Shown here: in pieces, positions 50,501 through 64,000 of the stretch
How positions within the stretch are numbered: position 1 is the stretch's first letter
Layout: each line of letters opens with the position of its first letter
Origin: Eledone cirrhosa
Taxonomy: Eukaryota
Direction of reading: 5' to 3'
DNA length: 64,000 bases
Assembly: GCA_964016885.1 (NCBI GenBank)
Contig: OZ024741.1
Location: 299,088,001 to 299,152,000, forward strand
The notes under the pieces: model-generated
What the model was told of the DNA's origin: nothing
Seen by the model: the letters and a program-made list of their open reading frames with translations, nothing else
Databases searched by the model: none
Translations under genes and position numbers: made by a program

Positions 50501-53132
50501 AGAGCTAGGATGCGTGCTCTCAGACACGAGGGGACGAAAGCCGTTCAATGGGCCCGAGTGGCGGTGGTGCGTCGTGGCAACAAAGCCACGATCCGGTCTT
50601 TGGTGGACCACGACGGGCGCATGCTACTCGATCCCGGGAAAATGTGTGAAGCTTTTCAGCAACACTTCGCACAGCTGTTCGGGGGCAGCGGCGGGCCGGA
50701 TCGAGGGATGGACTTTAGTTTCTATCTCGACGGACTGCCGCGGCTATCGGCCACTGAGGCGCAGTGCTGCGAAAAGCCGATAACAGCCGCTGAAGTACGG
50801 GAGGTAATGACTGACTGCACAATGGGTAAATCGCCTGGTTTGGCTGGTCTGCCCTATGAACTTTACGTACTGATGCCAGACTTGTTCGGAGGCCTCTTGG
50901 CGGACGTCTACTGCCACTGGCAACAGAACGGGAGAATTCCCATCTCTGTGAGCAGGGGAGCTGTGGCGCTGCTGAGAAAGGATCCGAACAAGGGGGATAA
51001 CATAGATAATTTCAGGCTCATAACTCTGCTAAACACAGAGTTCAAGATTTTGGCCAAGGTGCTAGCAAAGAGGTTGGCGCTTGTCGTTGGTGGTCTGGTG
51101 GCAGAGTCGCAGACATGCGCCATTCCCGACAGATCCATCCACGACAACCTCCACCTCATGCGATAGATCGTAGAGAGGGTAGCTAGGGAACCTGGCACGG
51201 GTGGGTCCTTGATCAATTTAGATCAGTCGAAATCTTTCGATAGGGTCGACCATCGTTACCTAGCGGCAGTCCTGAGGGCGGCTGGCTTTGGGCCCGTCTT
51301 CAGAGGCTAGATCGCTGCCATGCACAGCGACATCTGTTCTGTGGTGAGAGTGAACGGTCACCTTTCGGAACCGTTCAACATCATGTGCTCAGTCCGCCAA
51401 GGATGTCCCCTGTCGTCCTTCTTGTACGTATTGACTCTCGAGCCATTACTTCACAAACTGGAGCCGTTGGGGGGGGGGGGGGGTCCCGCGCGAACTAGGG
51501 TGTGGAAGATCCGTGTTAGCATATGCGGACGATGTCACCGTAGTGGTGTCGAGCGCCAAACACATCGAGGCGATCGGCACTACACTAAGAAAATACGAAG
51601 CGGTGACAGGAGCAATGATCAACCAGGAAAAGTCAGTGGGCCTGCAGCTCGGCACCTGGAGTGGCAGGTCCATGCCGTCCAACAGCGTCGTCGGGCGCTG
51701 GACGGACGGACCGGTTAAATTGCTAGGGGTCTGGTTCGGTCCTGACCTCCAGACGGACAAAAAGTGGGACGAGGTGACGAGCAGGGTGGCTTCTCTCACC
51801 CAGAAATGGGCGGAGAGGAAGCTATCCCTGAAAGGTCGAGCGGTGGTGGCTAACGCGTACATCGCGTCCGTCATCTACTACCGCCTGAACGTCGTACCTT
51901 GTCCTAAGCCCCGCCTGACTCCGCTGGAGCGTTTGCTCTTTCGCTTTTTGTAGAAGGGACGCGCTCCTAAGGTCAGGCGGTCCATCTGTTGTCAACACCC
52001 GCTACGTGGAGGGCTGCGCATGCCGTGGCTGATTTTGTGCAGACACGCGCTCAGGATACGACATCTCCAGCTCTTCCTTGACAGTGATCAGGTGTGGTCG
52101 CCGTTTGCTAGACACGTCTTTCCCCAGCTCGTCTCCTTTACGGAGCTGCAGTCCTGGGTCAAGCGAAGACCGAGAGGGAGCGATTGGAGTCTGGAATGTC
52201 TTCCGGCGCTCACAGCCCTCGACCAATCGGGCAATGTGATCGGTGGAAACTCCACCTTGGCGTTCTATAGAGGATTAGTAGAGGGGAAGAGAGACAACGT
52301 ACTCTAGGCGTCGACGAAAATCAACTAGCCAAACTCTTCGGAAGGACTTTCGGGCCGGGGCCTATGGACAACTTCCAGAAATGCCTGGCCTGGCAGTGCT
52401 ACCATGGAACTTTGCCAGTTCGGGATAAACTCTACAGGCATGGAGGTGCCGCCAGCCGTGCATGTCCGAGATGCGCGCAGGGCGACGAAACCGTCCTGCA
52501 CGCACTCGTCCAGTGTCCGAGCATTGCTGACTTGTGGGTTTATGTCGAACACCTGCTGTCACGTGTAGGACGGATCCAGCTAACAGCTGAGTCCATCGTG
52601 AGGATTGCCCCGCCCGTCTTCCTGTAGCCGGAAAGGGCAGGAAGTTTTTATCTGTCTGGTGGCCATGGCAAAAGAGATAGTATGGTGGACACGTTTGAAA
52701 GGGCTGAAGACGAGCACTTACCTCTTCGGTAATGCCCTGATTAACTTTTTCCAATTTCATTTGAAAAGGAAAATCAGGGTAGAAAGGGAAGTGCGCTCTT
52801 CCCAGCATTTTGTTGAAAGATGGGTGAGAGAAGCAAGTATGGCCCGAGTGAATGAGCCTACTCTGAGTATGTGTCTGTAAATTAAAGGTGGAAAACTGGG
52901 AGAGGACACTTGCCCTGGTGGTCAGGGTCACTGTGCCCTTTTAATGGGCTTTCTCCACAAATGTCCCTCGGAAGTCTCCCCCCTATTGGTGAATTTTTTA
53001 TTGTTATTTTTTATTACATCCTCTGTTTTTTTTACACGCAGAAATGCCCATTTGTACCGTCCTGCACTGTCCTTAATGTCTACTTTATGTAAACCCTTGT
53101 GGTTAATAAAGAAAGCATTATTATTATTATTA
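47574..53132 (+). mobile_element. Near full-length Tx1-like LINE: ORF1 about 47792-49720, ORF2 49753-52880 (deletion in the EN domain), (ATT)n tail
   Basis: ORF1 CVVCGEGTHLKTFC knuckle and Thr/Pro-rich region; ORF2 motifs as in the upstream copy; several stops and frameshifts. Confidence 0.95.
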
Positions 53133-53134
53133 CA

Positions 53135-53165
<31 letters not shown>

Positions 53166-53200
53166 AAATATTATCGTTTATATATATATGTATGTAAATG

Positions 53201-53231
<31 letters not shown>

Positions 53232-53294
53232 GATGGTCATTTGCAATTGGAACACATGTATCCTTATATATGTGTTCATTCCCCTCATATATCC

Positions 53295-53353
<59 letters not shown>

Positions 53354-53356
<3 letters not shown>

Positions 53357-53395
53357 CGTTTCTGAATTATTGGCAACATGACCCTCCCAAAGTAT

Positions 53396-53403
<8 letters not shown>
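53354..53403. mobile_element. 50-bp remnant made only of the two termini of the 24068-27957 foldback PLE
   Basis: TTTCGTTTCTGAATT matches the left end at 24068; ATTGGCAACATGACCCTCCCAAAGTATAACAATAT matches the right end at 27923-27957; (TA)n on both sides. Confidence 0.88.
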
Positions 53404-53490
<87 letters not shown>

Positions 53491-54011
53491 TTTATATACA
53501 TATAATACTATAATATAGTTTCGCCAGAAGGACTCACGTTAATAATTTGAAAATAGGAAATATCATTACAGACTGAAAACAAAATTAAACAAGGTGATGC
53601 TATTAAAAGGTAAAAAAGTTATACTAAATTTATAACATTTGTGTCTCATAAATTTAGATGTTAAAAGTAATGTAAATTTGTAAAAAACGTCTTTTGGAAT
53701 TATTAAATTTCGTAAGTTGATATACCAGGAGAAACCAACTGTATTATTTGAGAATTCTCTAATTCAATTGATTGTATCTCTATTAAATGTATTTTGTCTT
53801 TAGCTTTGGTAATTTACGGGTCTCCTAATGGTGGAGTATGAAATTGAGAGTTCATTTAAAAGGTTACGTATTGATATTGCGTTACAGAATTAGAGAGCTG
53901 AGTTTGGATGATAAATATATTACGTTATATGATAGGCAAGTCTACGTAGATATGCAAACTAACATATACACAGACACACACAGACACAAAGAAACACACG
54001 CACCCCCCTCC

Positions 54012-54143
<132 letters not shown>

Positions 54144-54799
54144 GTGTGAACGTATGTGTTTGTGTGTATGTGTAATACATCTGTTTAAATTGCTCCTTGT
54201 CTACTTATGTGGTACATAAATCTACTCTAAATACAGGCGAAATATACACATTGAGTTAAAATGCCTTCGAATATATACGATTTACAATTTCTTATCAGAC
54301 CTTTTTGGAAGTTTATTTCTCTTAAATTCTCGTTAGTCTAGAATTATTAAGATAAGAAGAGAAATCTCTATCTCACAAATTTTACATCGCCGTTATATTT
54401 ACCTGCATTGCTTCTATGAAGGTATTGAACATTTCTACATGATATGAAACAATTTCAATACTTTCCGCAAGTATGATCTTTAGTAACCTTATTGTTGCTT
54501 CGACACTAGCTCAGACCACACCGAGCATACCTAAGATCAAAGGCGTTTCAACCATAGTGTATCGGACCCACGTTTATACATTTACGTTTATATTTTACTG
54601 CTTTCAGTCTTGAAGTTGGATGCTTTGCTCAAATAGATAATCAATAACATCGAACACCGAACATCGTACTGATATATTGGTACCTGCTTTATTAGTTTAG
54701 CAAAAATGATTCAGGTTCATAACCAATATTATTTGGTATTTTGTCCGATGTTCAAACGAATCTGCCCACCACTGATTTGTTCATATTATTTATTTTCCA

Positions 54800-55227
54800 G
54801 GGCAGTGGATTGGCAGTATCGGTAGAGAGTTTGACGCCATGCTTTGCGGCAAAGAGTTACGACCCTTTATGGTCTGAGTTCAAATCCTGCAGAGGTTAAC
54901 TTTGCCTTTCATCCTTACGGGGTCGATAAAATAAAGTACCAGTAATACACTGGGATAATTACTGGCATTGTGCCCAATGTAGAAACAATTATTAATTTTC
55001 CAGGGCGGAGGATTGGCAGTCGCGTTAAAGCGTCGGATACCCTGCTTCGTGACATAGAGTTACGTCCCTTTATGTTCTGAGTTCAAATCTCGACGAGATT
55101 ACTTTTTGCCTTTCATCCTCCCGGATGAAAAAATAAAATAAAGTACCGATCACGCACTGGAATCGATTTAATTGACTTTTCCCCTCCCCTGCAATTGCCA
55201 GCCTTGTGCCTAAATCAGTAACCATTA
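54800..55227 (+). mobile_element. Two tandem main SINEs (the second an older, longer variant)
   Basis: Copies at about 54800-54992 and 55002-55227; ATT..TTTTCCAGG precedes each. Confidence 0.9.
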
Positions 55228-56739
55228 TATATTTTCTAGATGGTAACATATGATTAGAGGGAAATTTTGCTGCTATTTCTAGAAAGTTGTGCGACAACAA
55301 ACAGGCACTGTAATTCGATCGATTACTGATCTTTATTCACAAGTAGGCATACATTATTGAGATATGGTATTCTAAATGAGGATTATGCAAGAATCATCTT
55401 TTACGTTACATTTGATGTTAAAGATAATAATTTCTTAATTAGATATAAGAGTTGATGGAATTACAGAAGAATGGAAATAAATGTTTGTGGCGTTTATGCC
55501 GTGCATTTTAAGGAGGAGGAACAAAGTACATTTAATTTTCTATTGAAGAGCAGTCCGTTCTAGCAGAGAATTAATGCTAGGCCTTAGATTCCGCTTTGCT
55601 GAAAACATGCCATAACATTAATAACAAAAGTGGCGCATCTTGCATGGGAATAGAGAAGTAAATGTAATTTTGAACATTACACATGTTTTTCTACTGTTCT
55701 TAACAACGTAAGAGAAGGGAAATAGCGATAACCAGAAATTCAATCTTAGTGGCTGATTCAATTTATATTTAGCTTAGTTCTATTGTTCTATATTAGCTAC
55801 TAATAGAACCGTATATTAATGCATACATATACAATATGTTTATGTTTAATAAATATACATAAGTCTCTCTGTTGGGAATTTTAAGTTGTGGTTATGTCAC
55901 AGTTAACCACGTGAGAAAGCCAGACAATAAGCTTTTGTAGACCTTTGCAAAAAATACATATATGGCGAGGTCATTTGTATATAGGGTAGGGTTGACGGGT
56001 TTGTATTAATTATAAGTAAAACTAAACCAGCAAGATTTATAATAGATGCGTAAATGAAAACATAAAACAATATAAGTTCTACTATACGTATTTTAAGCTA
56101 TGATTGTATCACAATCACCCTAATAATTTAGTGAGAAGGCTCAAAACTAGTATTTCAAGAATTTCATCGGTTTTCATTAACGTTTACTCATTCGGTATTG
56201 AGACAAAATAAGCTAGAAGCTTAGATACATTTTTGCAATATGTCACTATTATCAATCACGCTGGCTGCGTTAGTGTTAACGTTAATATACTAACTATGCC
56301 ACATATATCCCTGCTTATGTAGGATTTGTATTATAGGTAAAGGTAAGGGCGTGTAACTCTTGATGGATTCGTAGAGACAATTTCCTAATATCTTGGTGGG
56401 ACTATAACCAGTTTTTTTACATAGAAAAAAGAGAGAGAAATGAGCGGGAGTGGTCGACAAAAAGTAATAAAGAGATAAAGAGGAATAGCGAGTCCCAATA
56501 TTGAACTGGTAATTTATTTATGAATCATATGATCTTTAAATAATTCAAGTGTTCATAACAATTTATATAAATAATAAAAACAAATGGAAATGGGTAAAAA
56601 AGGGTAGAACTGGCTGTATAGGAATGTAAAGAAAATGAATATAAATGCCATAAATGAGAAATGGAGGGAAAAAGCAAGATCTATTAGGTCACGGTAGAAG
56701 GAAAGGGGGGTGAGGAGATGGTGACAGGTGTTTCGCCCA

Positions 56740-57045
56740 GGTCAGAGTGGTGTTTCGGCTGCGCCCCAAAAATGCAAAGGCATTTCCGCGGAAAATGGCC
56801 AACACAAGTTGCAACAGCCACCCCTCCTGGTGGGGTCCTTCCCCAGACGGGCTACTGGCGTTCCCATTTTACGGAGAAGGTTGTCTATATGGGCTCCAAG
56901 GATGGTTGATGTCTCGGTAGTGACCTGTGCAAACTCGAATGGATGAAAGGCGGGATTTGATATCTGCGTGCAGTTAGTTGGAACAAATATCGAGGTATTT
57001 CTAATCCGATGCCCTAACGACACTGCCAATTTGCCGCATTGCTTA
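56740..57045 (-). mobile_element. CRE-clade LINE 3' fragment (restriction-like endonuclease C-terminus)
   Basis: FEFAQVTTETSTILG...LLRKMG...DP then, after a frameshift, WLLQLVLAIFRGNAFAFLG, resembling the CRE motif DPRE...SLAIQRGNA. Confidence 0.65.
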
Positions 57046-57151
57046 CTTTATAGACATGGAAAATTAAATAGTATTTTTTCGATGGATTTCATTTGCTTTG
57101 ACAGATAAACAGTAAAAGAAAAGTTGAAATAACTATGCCTCAATACATATA

Positions 57152-57283
<132 letters not shown>

Positions 57284-58787
57284 TAATTGTTGGTCTTCGT
57301 ATCTAATACATAACTATCCTATTTCGAAATACTTGTCTGTTTCTTAGCTTACACGCGCCATACTGGCTTCAATGAAACACAATAGAGAATTCACACTGTC
57401 CTGAGATTCCCTGCAATAAGAAATATTATTGTCAAGGATATATAAAGCAATTAGTGAAGTAACAAAATTAATTTAACTATAAACAGTTAGCAGCATAATT
57501 GCTACCCTAGCATCATATCACGTGATCACATATACACACAATTTAGTAAATATATCGTATTGAGATTACACAGCGCTGCCTTAAAGAAAGATGCATTAAA
57601 TAATTTAGTCAGTTGAACTGAGTCTAAGGTATGACAAAATAGCCATCTATTGGCATGCAATAATAAGGATTGATTATACAGGCTTCATCCTTAAAGTTTG
57701 TTTATGGAGAAATGAATATTCATACAATTTGCGATGGCATTAGTGATAGAAATAATGTTAATAGTCCAATTTTACTGAACATTTTACTATAATAAAGATA
57801 TGTGTACTGGAGCACTAACATCAACTCGTTTGTATCTTTTAATTATTTCAATAAACCTGTCGATTTAATCATGGTTCTGTAATGTGTGGTGATAGTTAAT
57901 TTCTAATTTTCACATGTCATGGATAGCAACTGATATTAACCGAGCTGTGTTTGACTCGACATCGCAATAATGATTCTAGAATGGCTGTCATTTTTAATGA
58001 TATTTAAAATTTATATTTAAACCGTTCGTGTTATACATTGGAAGCCGTCTATAATGAAAAGCATATGAATTATGAACGAGTCTACTGCTCTATCACAGTT
58101 TATAGTTGAAATATCTCTTCCATTTCAATCAAATGAGAGTTGATTTGATAAGAACGGCGTTTGGCCGCTCACTTGACGCCCCCTCCAAGCCCTTCTTTGA
58201 AAATAAAATGCCGTCCTCCCATTGAAGAACATCAAGAAAAAATAAAATGTAGCTAGTTCCTTAACTAACTTAAAGTGGGGGATCTAAGTTAAGAAGCAAA
58301 ATCCTCACCAGTACATACCACAAAATCTTGTTTAGAGTGAAAATATATGTTCAAAAGTTTTATTGTGGTAATAAAGGTGAAACACGTAAGATATTATAAA
58401 TCAAAAGAAGAAAGTACATTGTAAGATTAATCTGTTGAAAGAGTAAAATGCCCTTAATTTTTAATGAGTGATAGTGGTGCCATTCAAACACAGGACGTAT
58501 TTTTTGCATTTTACACATGACGTAGCACCTCGCTTTCCAGTTTGCACAACAGCCGATTTCTTTGAAAGAAAGAAGAAAAATCGACTGCAGTCCTAGACTG
58601 GTACTTTAGTTATTGATTTCAAAATGAAAGACAAAAGGAACCTTGTCGAAATTAGAAATCAAAGCGCAGTGAGCCGTAAAAAATACGGTAGCCTTTTTAA
58701 TCGGTTGTCCGAACGACTCTGCCGATTTGCTGATTTTTTATTTAGTAGAGAACGTTAAGACATCATAATATTCTTATCTTGTTTCAG

Positions 58788-58879
58788 GGCATGGTAGCTT
58801 GTCAATAGTGGGCCTAATGAATGGAACAATGAATAAAAAACATTCGGTTTGGAATGATTATTTACTGAGTCATTCTTGA
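58788..58879 (+). CDS. Possible terminal coding exon (-HGSLSIVGLMNGTMNKKHSVWNDYLLSHS*)
   Basis: Strong acceptor ttcttatcttgtttcag, 29 open codons in phase 1, then AT-rich unique sequence with several AATAAA. Confidence 0.35.
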
Positions 58880-60389
58880 ATGATTACTGTGATACCTATT
58901 CAGACACCACTCGGATCACAGCAGCTTCTCATGACATATGAAAACTATAAAACAACCGCCAGTATATTGATAGTGACATAGAGTAATTAGAATCAAAGAG
59001 AGATTCGTTTCGAAAGAGTTATGTAGATTTTAAACTTCACTGAACGTTTTTATAGTGTGAGAAATAATTACGTTGCTTTCCACCACAACTCAATGCCACA
59101 GGGTATTATATAAAAAAAACATTTCTTTCAGTTTAAATACAATATCATCAATAAACATTTTATTTCATGTACGATTCCCATATTTCGTCACTAATTAGCA
59201 ATATTTCTTTTCGTTTTATTTGTTAATAAACATTACAACTTCAAAACCAGACATGGTATATACCCTACTTTAAAGACTGTAATGAAAGATAATTTGGTAT
59301 TGTGTGAACAGTGGTTATTTAAAGACGTAATTTATCTGTAAATAGTATAAAACTCGGCAATGTTTCACCACAAATGGTTCTGAATCGCAGTGAAATTTAG
59401 TGTTCATTAATTTGAACATGTTTTATTACACGCCTGTCACTCAAGAACAAACTGGTTTGATGGAATAAATACCTTTTAAAGAGAAAGCAATTAACAATAT
59501 GATTAAAGTGAATCTGAGATTTGAGATAAAAGGTGTGAACATTTAGAACTTACGGTTTTCCCCCATGTTTAAATATGTTTAATTGAAAAATATTCGCAAG
59601 AGATTTCGAAAGAGAAATTTAGAAAAAAAAAAAATACATAGCAAAATATATTATTCAAATTGTTTGATGGATTGGAAAGATTTAACTAATTTTCGAAATG
59701 AGCTTAATTACCTTTATTTTTTTTATTTCTGTCTAAAAGACAATTTAAAACTTTCATTTTATAGCCATATATTGGAATGTATCTTGATAATTGGAAGCGC
59801 AGGAGTTATGCATAAGTTTCGTGTTCTATCAGAGTTTATGCGCATTTTAGTAGATGTAATATGCCCTAGCTTTCAATAAAAGTAGGATTTATTTGATAAA
59901 TAACTTCGTTTTAGACTTGAAATAACAACAAAAACAGAAAATGAACTCTGCAGGGTATTGTATTGTACTTAACTAATTTTCTAAATGAGCTTAATTACCT
60001 TAATTACTCTGCGAGGGTATTGTAGCAGTGAATAAAAAGTATTAAGTTAGGGTTTGAAGTAAATTTAAATGTTATTGCTGGGACTACGCGCGGTCATGTA
60101 GGATTTATGTTTAAGATTAGGCCCCACACAAAAATCATCTTAATGCCGTATTTTTCTGTTCGTATGTATGGCCACGTAACTCCCGACGGAATTATAGGGC
60201 GACCGTATTAACACACAGCGTGTCTAAGACATACTAAACACCCGTTGGAACCCATCGCTCAATGTCTGAACACAAAATATTTAGAATGAGAGAATGGAAG
60301 TGAGAAAGATATATAAAGGACGAACGGAGCCTTCTACTAGATAGGTACTTTTTTTTATCGAGCCCAATACTTGACTGATTTCTTTACTT

Positions 60390-61110
60390 CAACTTGTCTT
60401 TCTCTATGAATTGTTTGTGTTTGACATATGAATGTGTGTTCGTGCATGTGTGTTGTGTATGTGTGTTCGTGCATGTGTTTGGCATGTGTATGTGTGTTCG
60501 TGCATGTGTTTGGCATGTGTATGTGTGTTCGTGTATGTGTCTATGCTCTGTGTGCGTGTTTGCATGTCTACTTCTCTATTGGGGCCTTCCTTTATATTTT
60601 TCTTTTTCTTATGTCTTCTATACTCTCCTCAGTTGTTAAGTTCTGCGGTATCGCTGTTATTATACTTATTAAAGGTTTTCTGTCTCGGACTACTCTCTAT
60701 TATATCATACATATGTCATGCTTAATTTGTCTGCGTGTTGTGTCTGTTCTGTGCGTGAATAGGATCTTTACTTCTATGTTAACTATTGATGGCCGCTGTT
60801 CGAATTTGTCATGTTGGTAGGCAACAACGAGCATTTCTCCTCTTTGAGTACTCGTCAGTGTCTCTTTATCCTCAATTCTATAATACTGGATGTCTATTTG
60901 ATATATGTCGCTGTTTCTGCACCACCTATCTGTACACTTTACCCGGCAGACTACATTCCTAGTTTTGCAGTTCAACTGTTGGTTTACATTATACAATATG
61001 TAGTTTCTATCATTACAGAGTGTTTTCTTAAAAGGGTATGATATATTGATCAGGGGTTTAACGGGTGTTTCTGGTTTTTATACTACTTTAATTCGTAGGT
61101 TCAGATCATC
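60390..61110 (-). mobile_element. Decayed Naiad-like PLE 3' fragment (GIY-YIG region plus UTR with a tandem repeat of about 30 bp)
   Basis: IKVVKTRN..TPLTPDQ, NCKTRNVVCRVKC, YQHDKFE, NIEVKI, RQIK align with 26825-27520. Confidence 0.8.
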
Positions 61111-61197
61111 CGAGGCACTCCTAAATTGATACTCTATGTGTAACGTCGTCGAAGATGAGACTGACATATGTTGCTTATATATATATATATATACACG

Positions 61198-61275
<78 letters not shown>

Positions 61276-61337
61276 TGTGTGTGTGCGTGTACATGTGTTT
61301 GTATGTATGTGTGTACGTGTATATATATATATATATA

Positions 61338-61430
61338 TTGGTGTAATGGTAGCACAGTGGTCTGGATGACCAAAGATGTGGGTTCGACTCCCATGTACGT
61401 CAATACTCATCTTTTCCCATTTATCTGAGG
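61338..61430 (+). mobile_element. tRNA-like head (SINE fragment or tRNA pseudogene)
   Basis: A-box TGGTGTAATGGTAGCA, B-box GGGTTCGACTCCC, stem TGGTC/GACCA; no acceptor stem. Confidence 0.6.
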
Positions 61431-61552
61431 GTTCTAAACCTCATTATCAGGCTAAAACGTCTTTAGTCAAAAATACAGTGAAAGCTATACTATTTTCTAA
61501 TTTCAAACCTGCTCACTGTTTCAAAACATACTTACTTGTCATATATATATAT

Positions 61553-61707
61553 ATAAGAAAATGTTCAAGACCCCGACGGCAAATCTCAAGCCGTTTCGAC
61601 GGCTATTTCTGGGACTTAAACATTTTCTTATTACATACACTACTACCCTAAGTATTGAGTACTCTGGTGCGTAATGGTCCATCTAGTTCCTTACCACACT
61701 TCCTTCG

Positions 61708-61711
<4 letters not shown>
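61553..61711. mobile_element. Family E foldback, most of one arm deleted
   Basis: Left arm 61553-61616, right-arm stub AACATTTTCTTAT, 80-nt extension; (TA)n flanks. Confidence 0.85.
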
Positions 61712-61776
<65 letters not shown>

Positions 61777-61780
<4 letters not shown>

Positions 61781-62485
61781 TAAGAGGAATTCCAAATTTG
61801 TCTGATTTACTCGTTTTATTTACAATCCTTTAAAATATATATAATATGGTATTATAATGAAATAGTATGATAGAATATTAAATTCTAAGTGTTAATTGAA
61901 CAAGTACTTTCATGCTTTCGCAATCTTCAGGTTCATGATATGTGGTGACAGTCGAGTTTGCAATTTTCAACTGTAATGAGATGGGTAAATTTACTACCTT
62001 TTATACATTTTATACAGAGAAAAGTGGCTCCAGAATGCAAAGCCCTGTAAACTGTATTTCGACCAATCAGTGTGTAGTTTCACTGAATTACTACAGCTGA
62101 TTGGTTTAAGCGTCACGGCTGGTTGAGCATGCTAACGACCAATAGTCATACCCAACGTATCAATTGTTTTGCTTTTTGAAATGATGAAAATAGCATTTTC
62201 TATTAATCATCACCATCAACATCACTTTTATTATTATTATTATTATTGTTGTTGTTGTTGTTGTTAGTGGTCGTGGTCATAGTGGTAGTAGAAGTAATAC
62301 CCCTAGGCGTTATTATTGTTCATTTAGCTTGGGTTTGAATTTATCAATAAAATTCTTTTCTTTGATTTTTCTCTTGATTTCACTTGGGCTGTGTAATTTG
62401 TAGAATGGGAATATTATAAATATTCCCTGACCACATGTTGCCAGGTGGCCGCTTAGGGGTATCTGACGGACATTTGGGTGTGACT
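61777..62485 (-). mobile_element. PLE 3' fragment (endonuclease C-terminus plus UTR) ending in (TA)n
   Basis: PNVRQIPLSGHLATCG...FPFYKL...RKIKEKNFIDKFKPKLN resembles the C-terminus at 39050-39200. Confidence 0.8.
61897..61935 (-). ncRNA. Minimal type-I hammerhead ribozyme, intact core
   Basis: Minus strand TGAAC-CTGAAGA-T-TGC gaaa GCA-T-GAAA-GTAC-TT-GTTCA: 5-bp stem I, GNRA loop II, palindrome AAGTACTT. Confidence 0.88.
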
Positions 62486-63650
62486 TTGTGTATATGTGTG
62501 TGTGTGTGTGTGTTGAAAGACAGTTTAGTCTGGCACGGCCCTTTTTTCTGCAGATGCTTAACGACATATGATATAGAAGGAATTCTTATTCCATAACTAT
62601 TTTTGTTCATAGAATTGAATTAGTTAGCTATACCTTCATTAACAGTTTATCGTAAAGAAGTCAAAGATAGTTTTACAGAAAAATAAAGTAATGAGAAACG
62701 AGGATGATATAAACGTGGTTGAAATATAAATACTAAAACATGTTGAAGTCTAATGGCAATTTGTATGATGCTTTCAGAAAAACATAAAGTGTTTTCAGTA
62801 AATGTTTCCAACTGTGGTATTTAAACCTAATAGAATGCTCTCTTTCAGGTTATAACATTCGAGTGGAAGATTGGCTGAATCTATTTCATTCAATAAGCAC
62901 TAAGTAGATTTGACCAATAAAAACTATGTAATGAAATCCGCTTTACATTTCTTTCCAAATGATTTCTGCAGAAGTCATCCATTTTGCATGTAGCATAACA
63001 ATGTCCAGTTGCCGTTGTTGTCATTGCAATGATAATGATGATGATGATGATCATCATAATAATCGTCATAATTATCATCATGACCATCATCATATCTTCT
63101 CCTACCTCACCAGTACCTAGCCCATAAACATCTGCGACATCAGCTGCTACAAACTCCATAAGCTGCTGTATTTTTGTATCGATCATCGTCTCCTTCATCG
63201 TCATCGTTGTTGTTACAAATGACGTCACAAGAAGAACACACCGCCATAATAGATTTCGTTTGTATTACGAGCAAATCGGATTAATAATAGGGTCTGGACT
63301 TAGAGAACTAAAAAATAAAGTAGAGTGGCCTAAGCAGAAAATAAACAACTGTGATCAAAGATAATGATTGCTTACTAAATTTATATGTCACAAATATTAC
63401 AGTGGGGAAGGTTTTATGGGACCTTCTTGCCTAAATGTCATGAACTGAGTAAGTAATGGGAATTGGTTTCAGTTAGGAATTAAAAGATCGATAAGGACAC
63501 TCCAAATGTAAACCAATAACTTGCGAATGGAATTTAGTAGCTAGAAGGCCACTGTAAACTCACGCACACATGGCACACATACATAAAACTTTCACATTTG
63601 AAATTATAGTCGCTACAATGCAAATAGCTATAATAATAGTGGAATAAATT

Positions 63651-63992
<342 letters not shown>

Positions 63993-64000
63993 ATTCAGGA

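Noticed and set aside
54200-54500. Possible hAT transposase C-terminal remnant (minus)
   Set aside because: Only a vague CE-R-FS-like trace across frameshifts; no termini found.
59681-60002. Direct repeat of about 32 bp, 290 bp apart (similar case at 36594-36810)
   Set aside because: Local duplication with no element features between the copies.
61338-61400. Functional tRNA gene
   Set aside because: The acceptor stem 5' strand is replaced by TA repeat and the anticodon loop is only 5 nt; treated as a SINE head or pseudogene.
62890-63228. 112-aa minus ORF
   Set aside because: Largely (ATG/ATC)n low complexity, no splice or homology support.

Overview
Repeat-saturated, AT-rich eukaryotic DNA, most likely an octopod cephalopod (inferred from the tRNA-derived SINE families and dense (TA)n tracts). 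No intact long host ORF is visible; at most a few small + strand exons (3725-3847, 19290-19327, 58788-58879) may belong to a gene with very large introns. The rest is decayed retroelements: Penelope-like elements (PLEs, RT + GIY-YIG) of two clades, Tx1-like LINEs in head-to-tail clusters, R4/Dong, CRE and CR1-like fragments, and about 20 SINE copies. The most notable signal is not in the ORF track. At least ten insertions in or beside (TA)n tracts, from several unrelated sequence families and 50 bp to 3.9 kb long, share one asymmetric foldback architecture: two inverted 3' ends, one of them longer by about 40-90 nt. Several carry minimal type-I hammerhead ribozymes with very short, mostly palindromic stem III. 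Four have intact cores (4242, 27761, 39760, 61897) and four are degenerate. All alignments and folds were done by eye and coordinates are approximate to a few bases.
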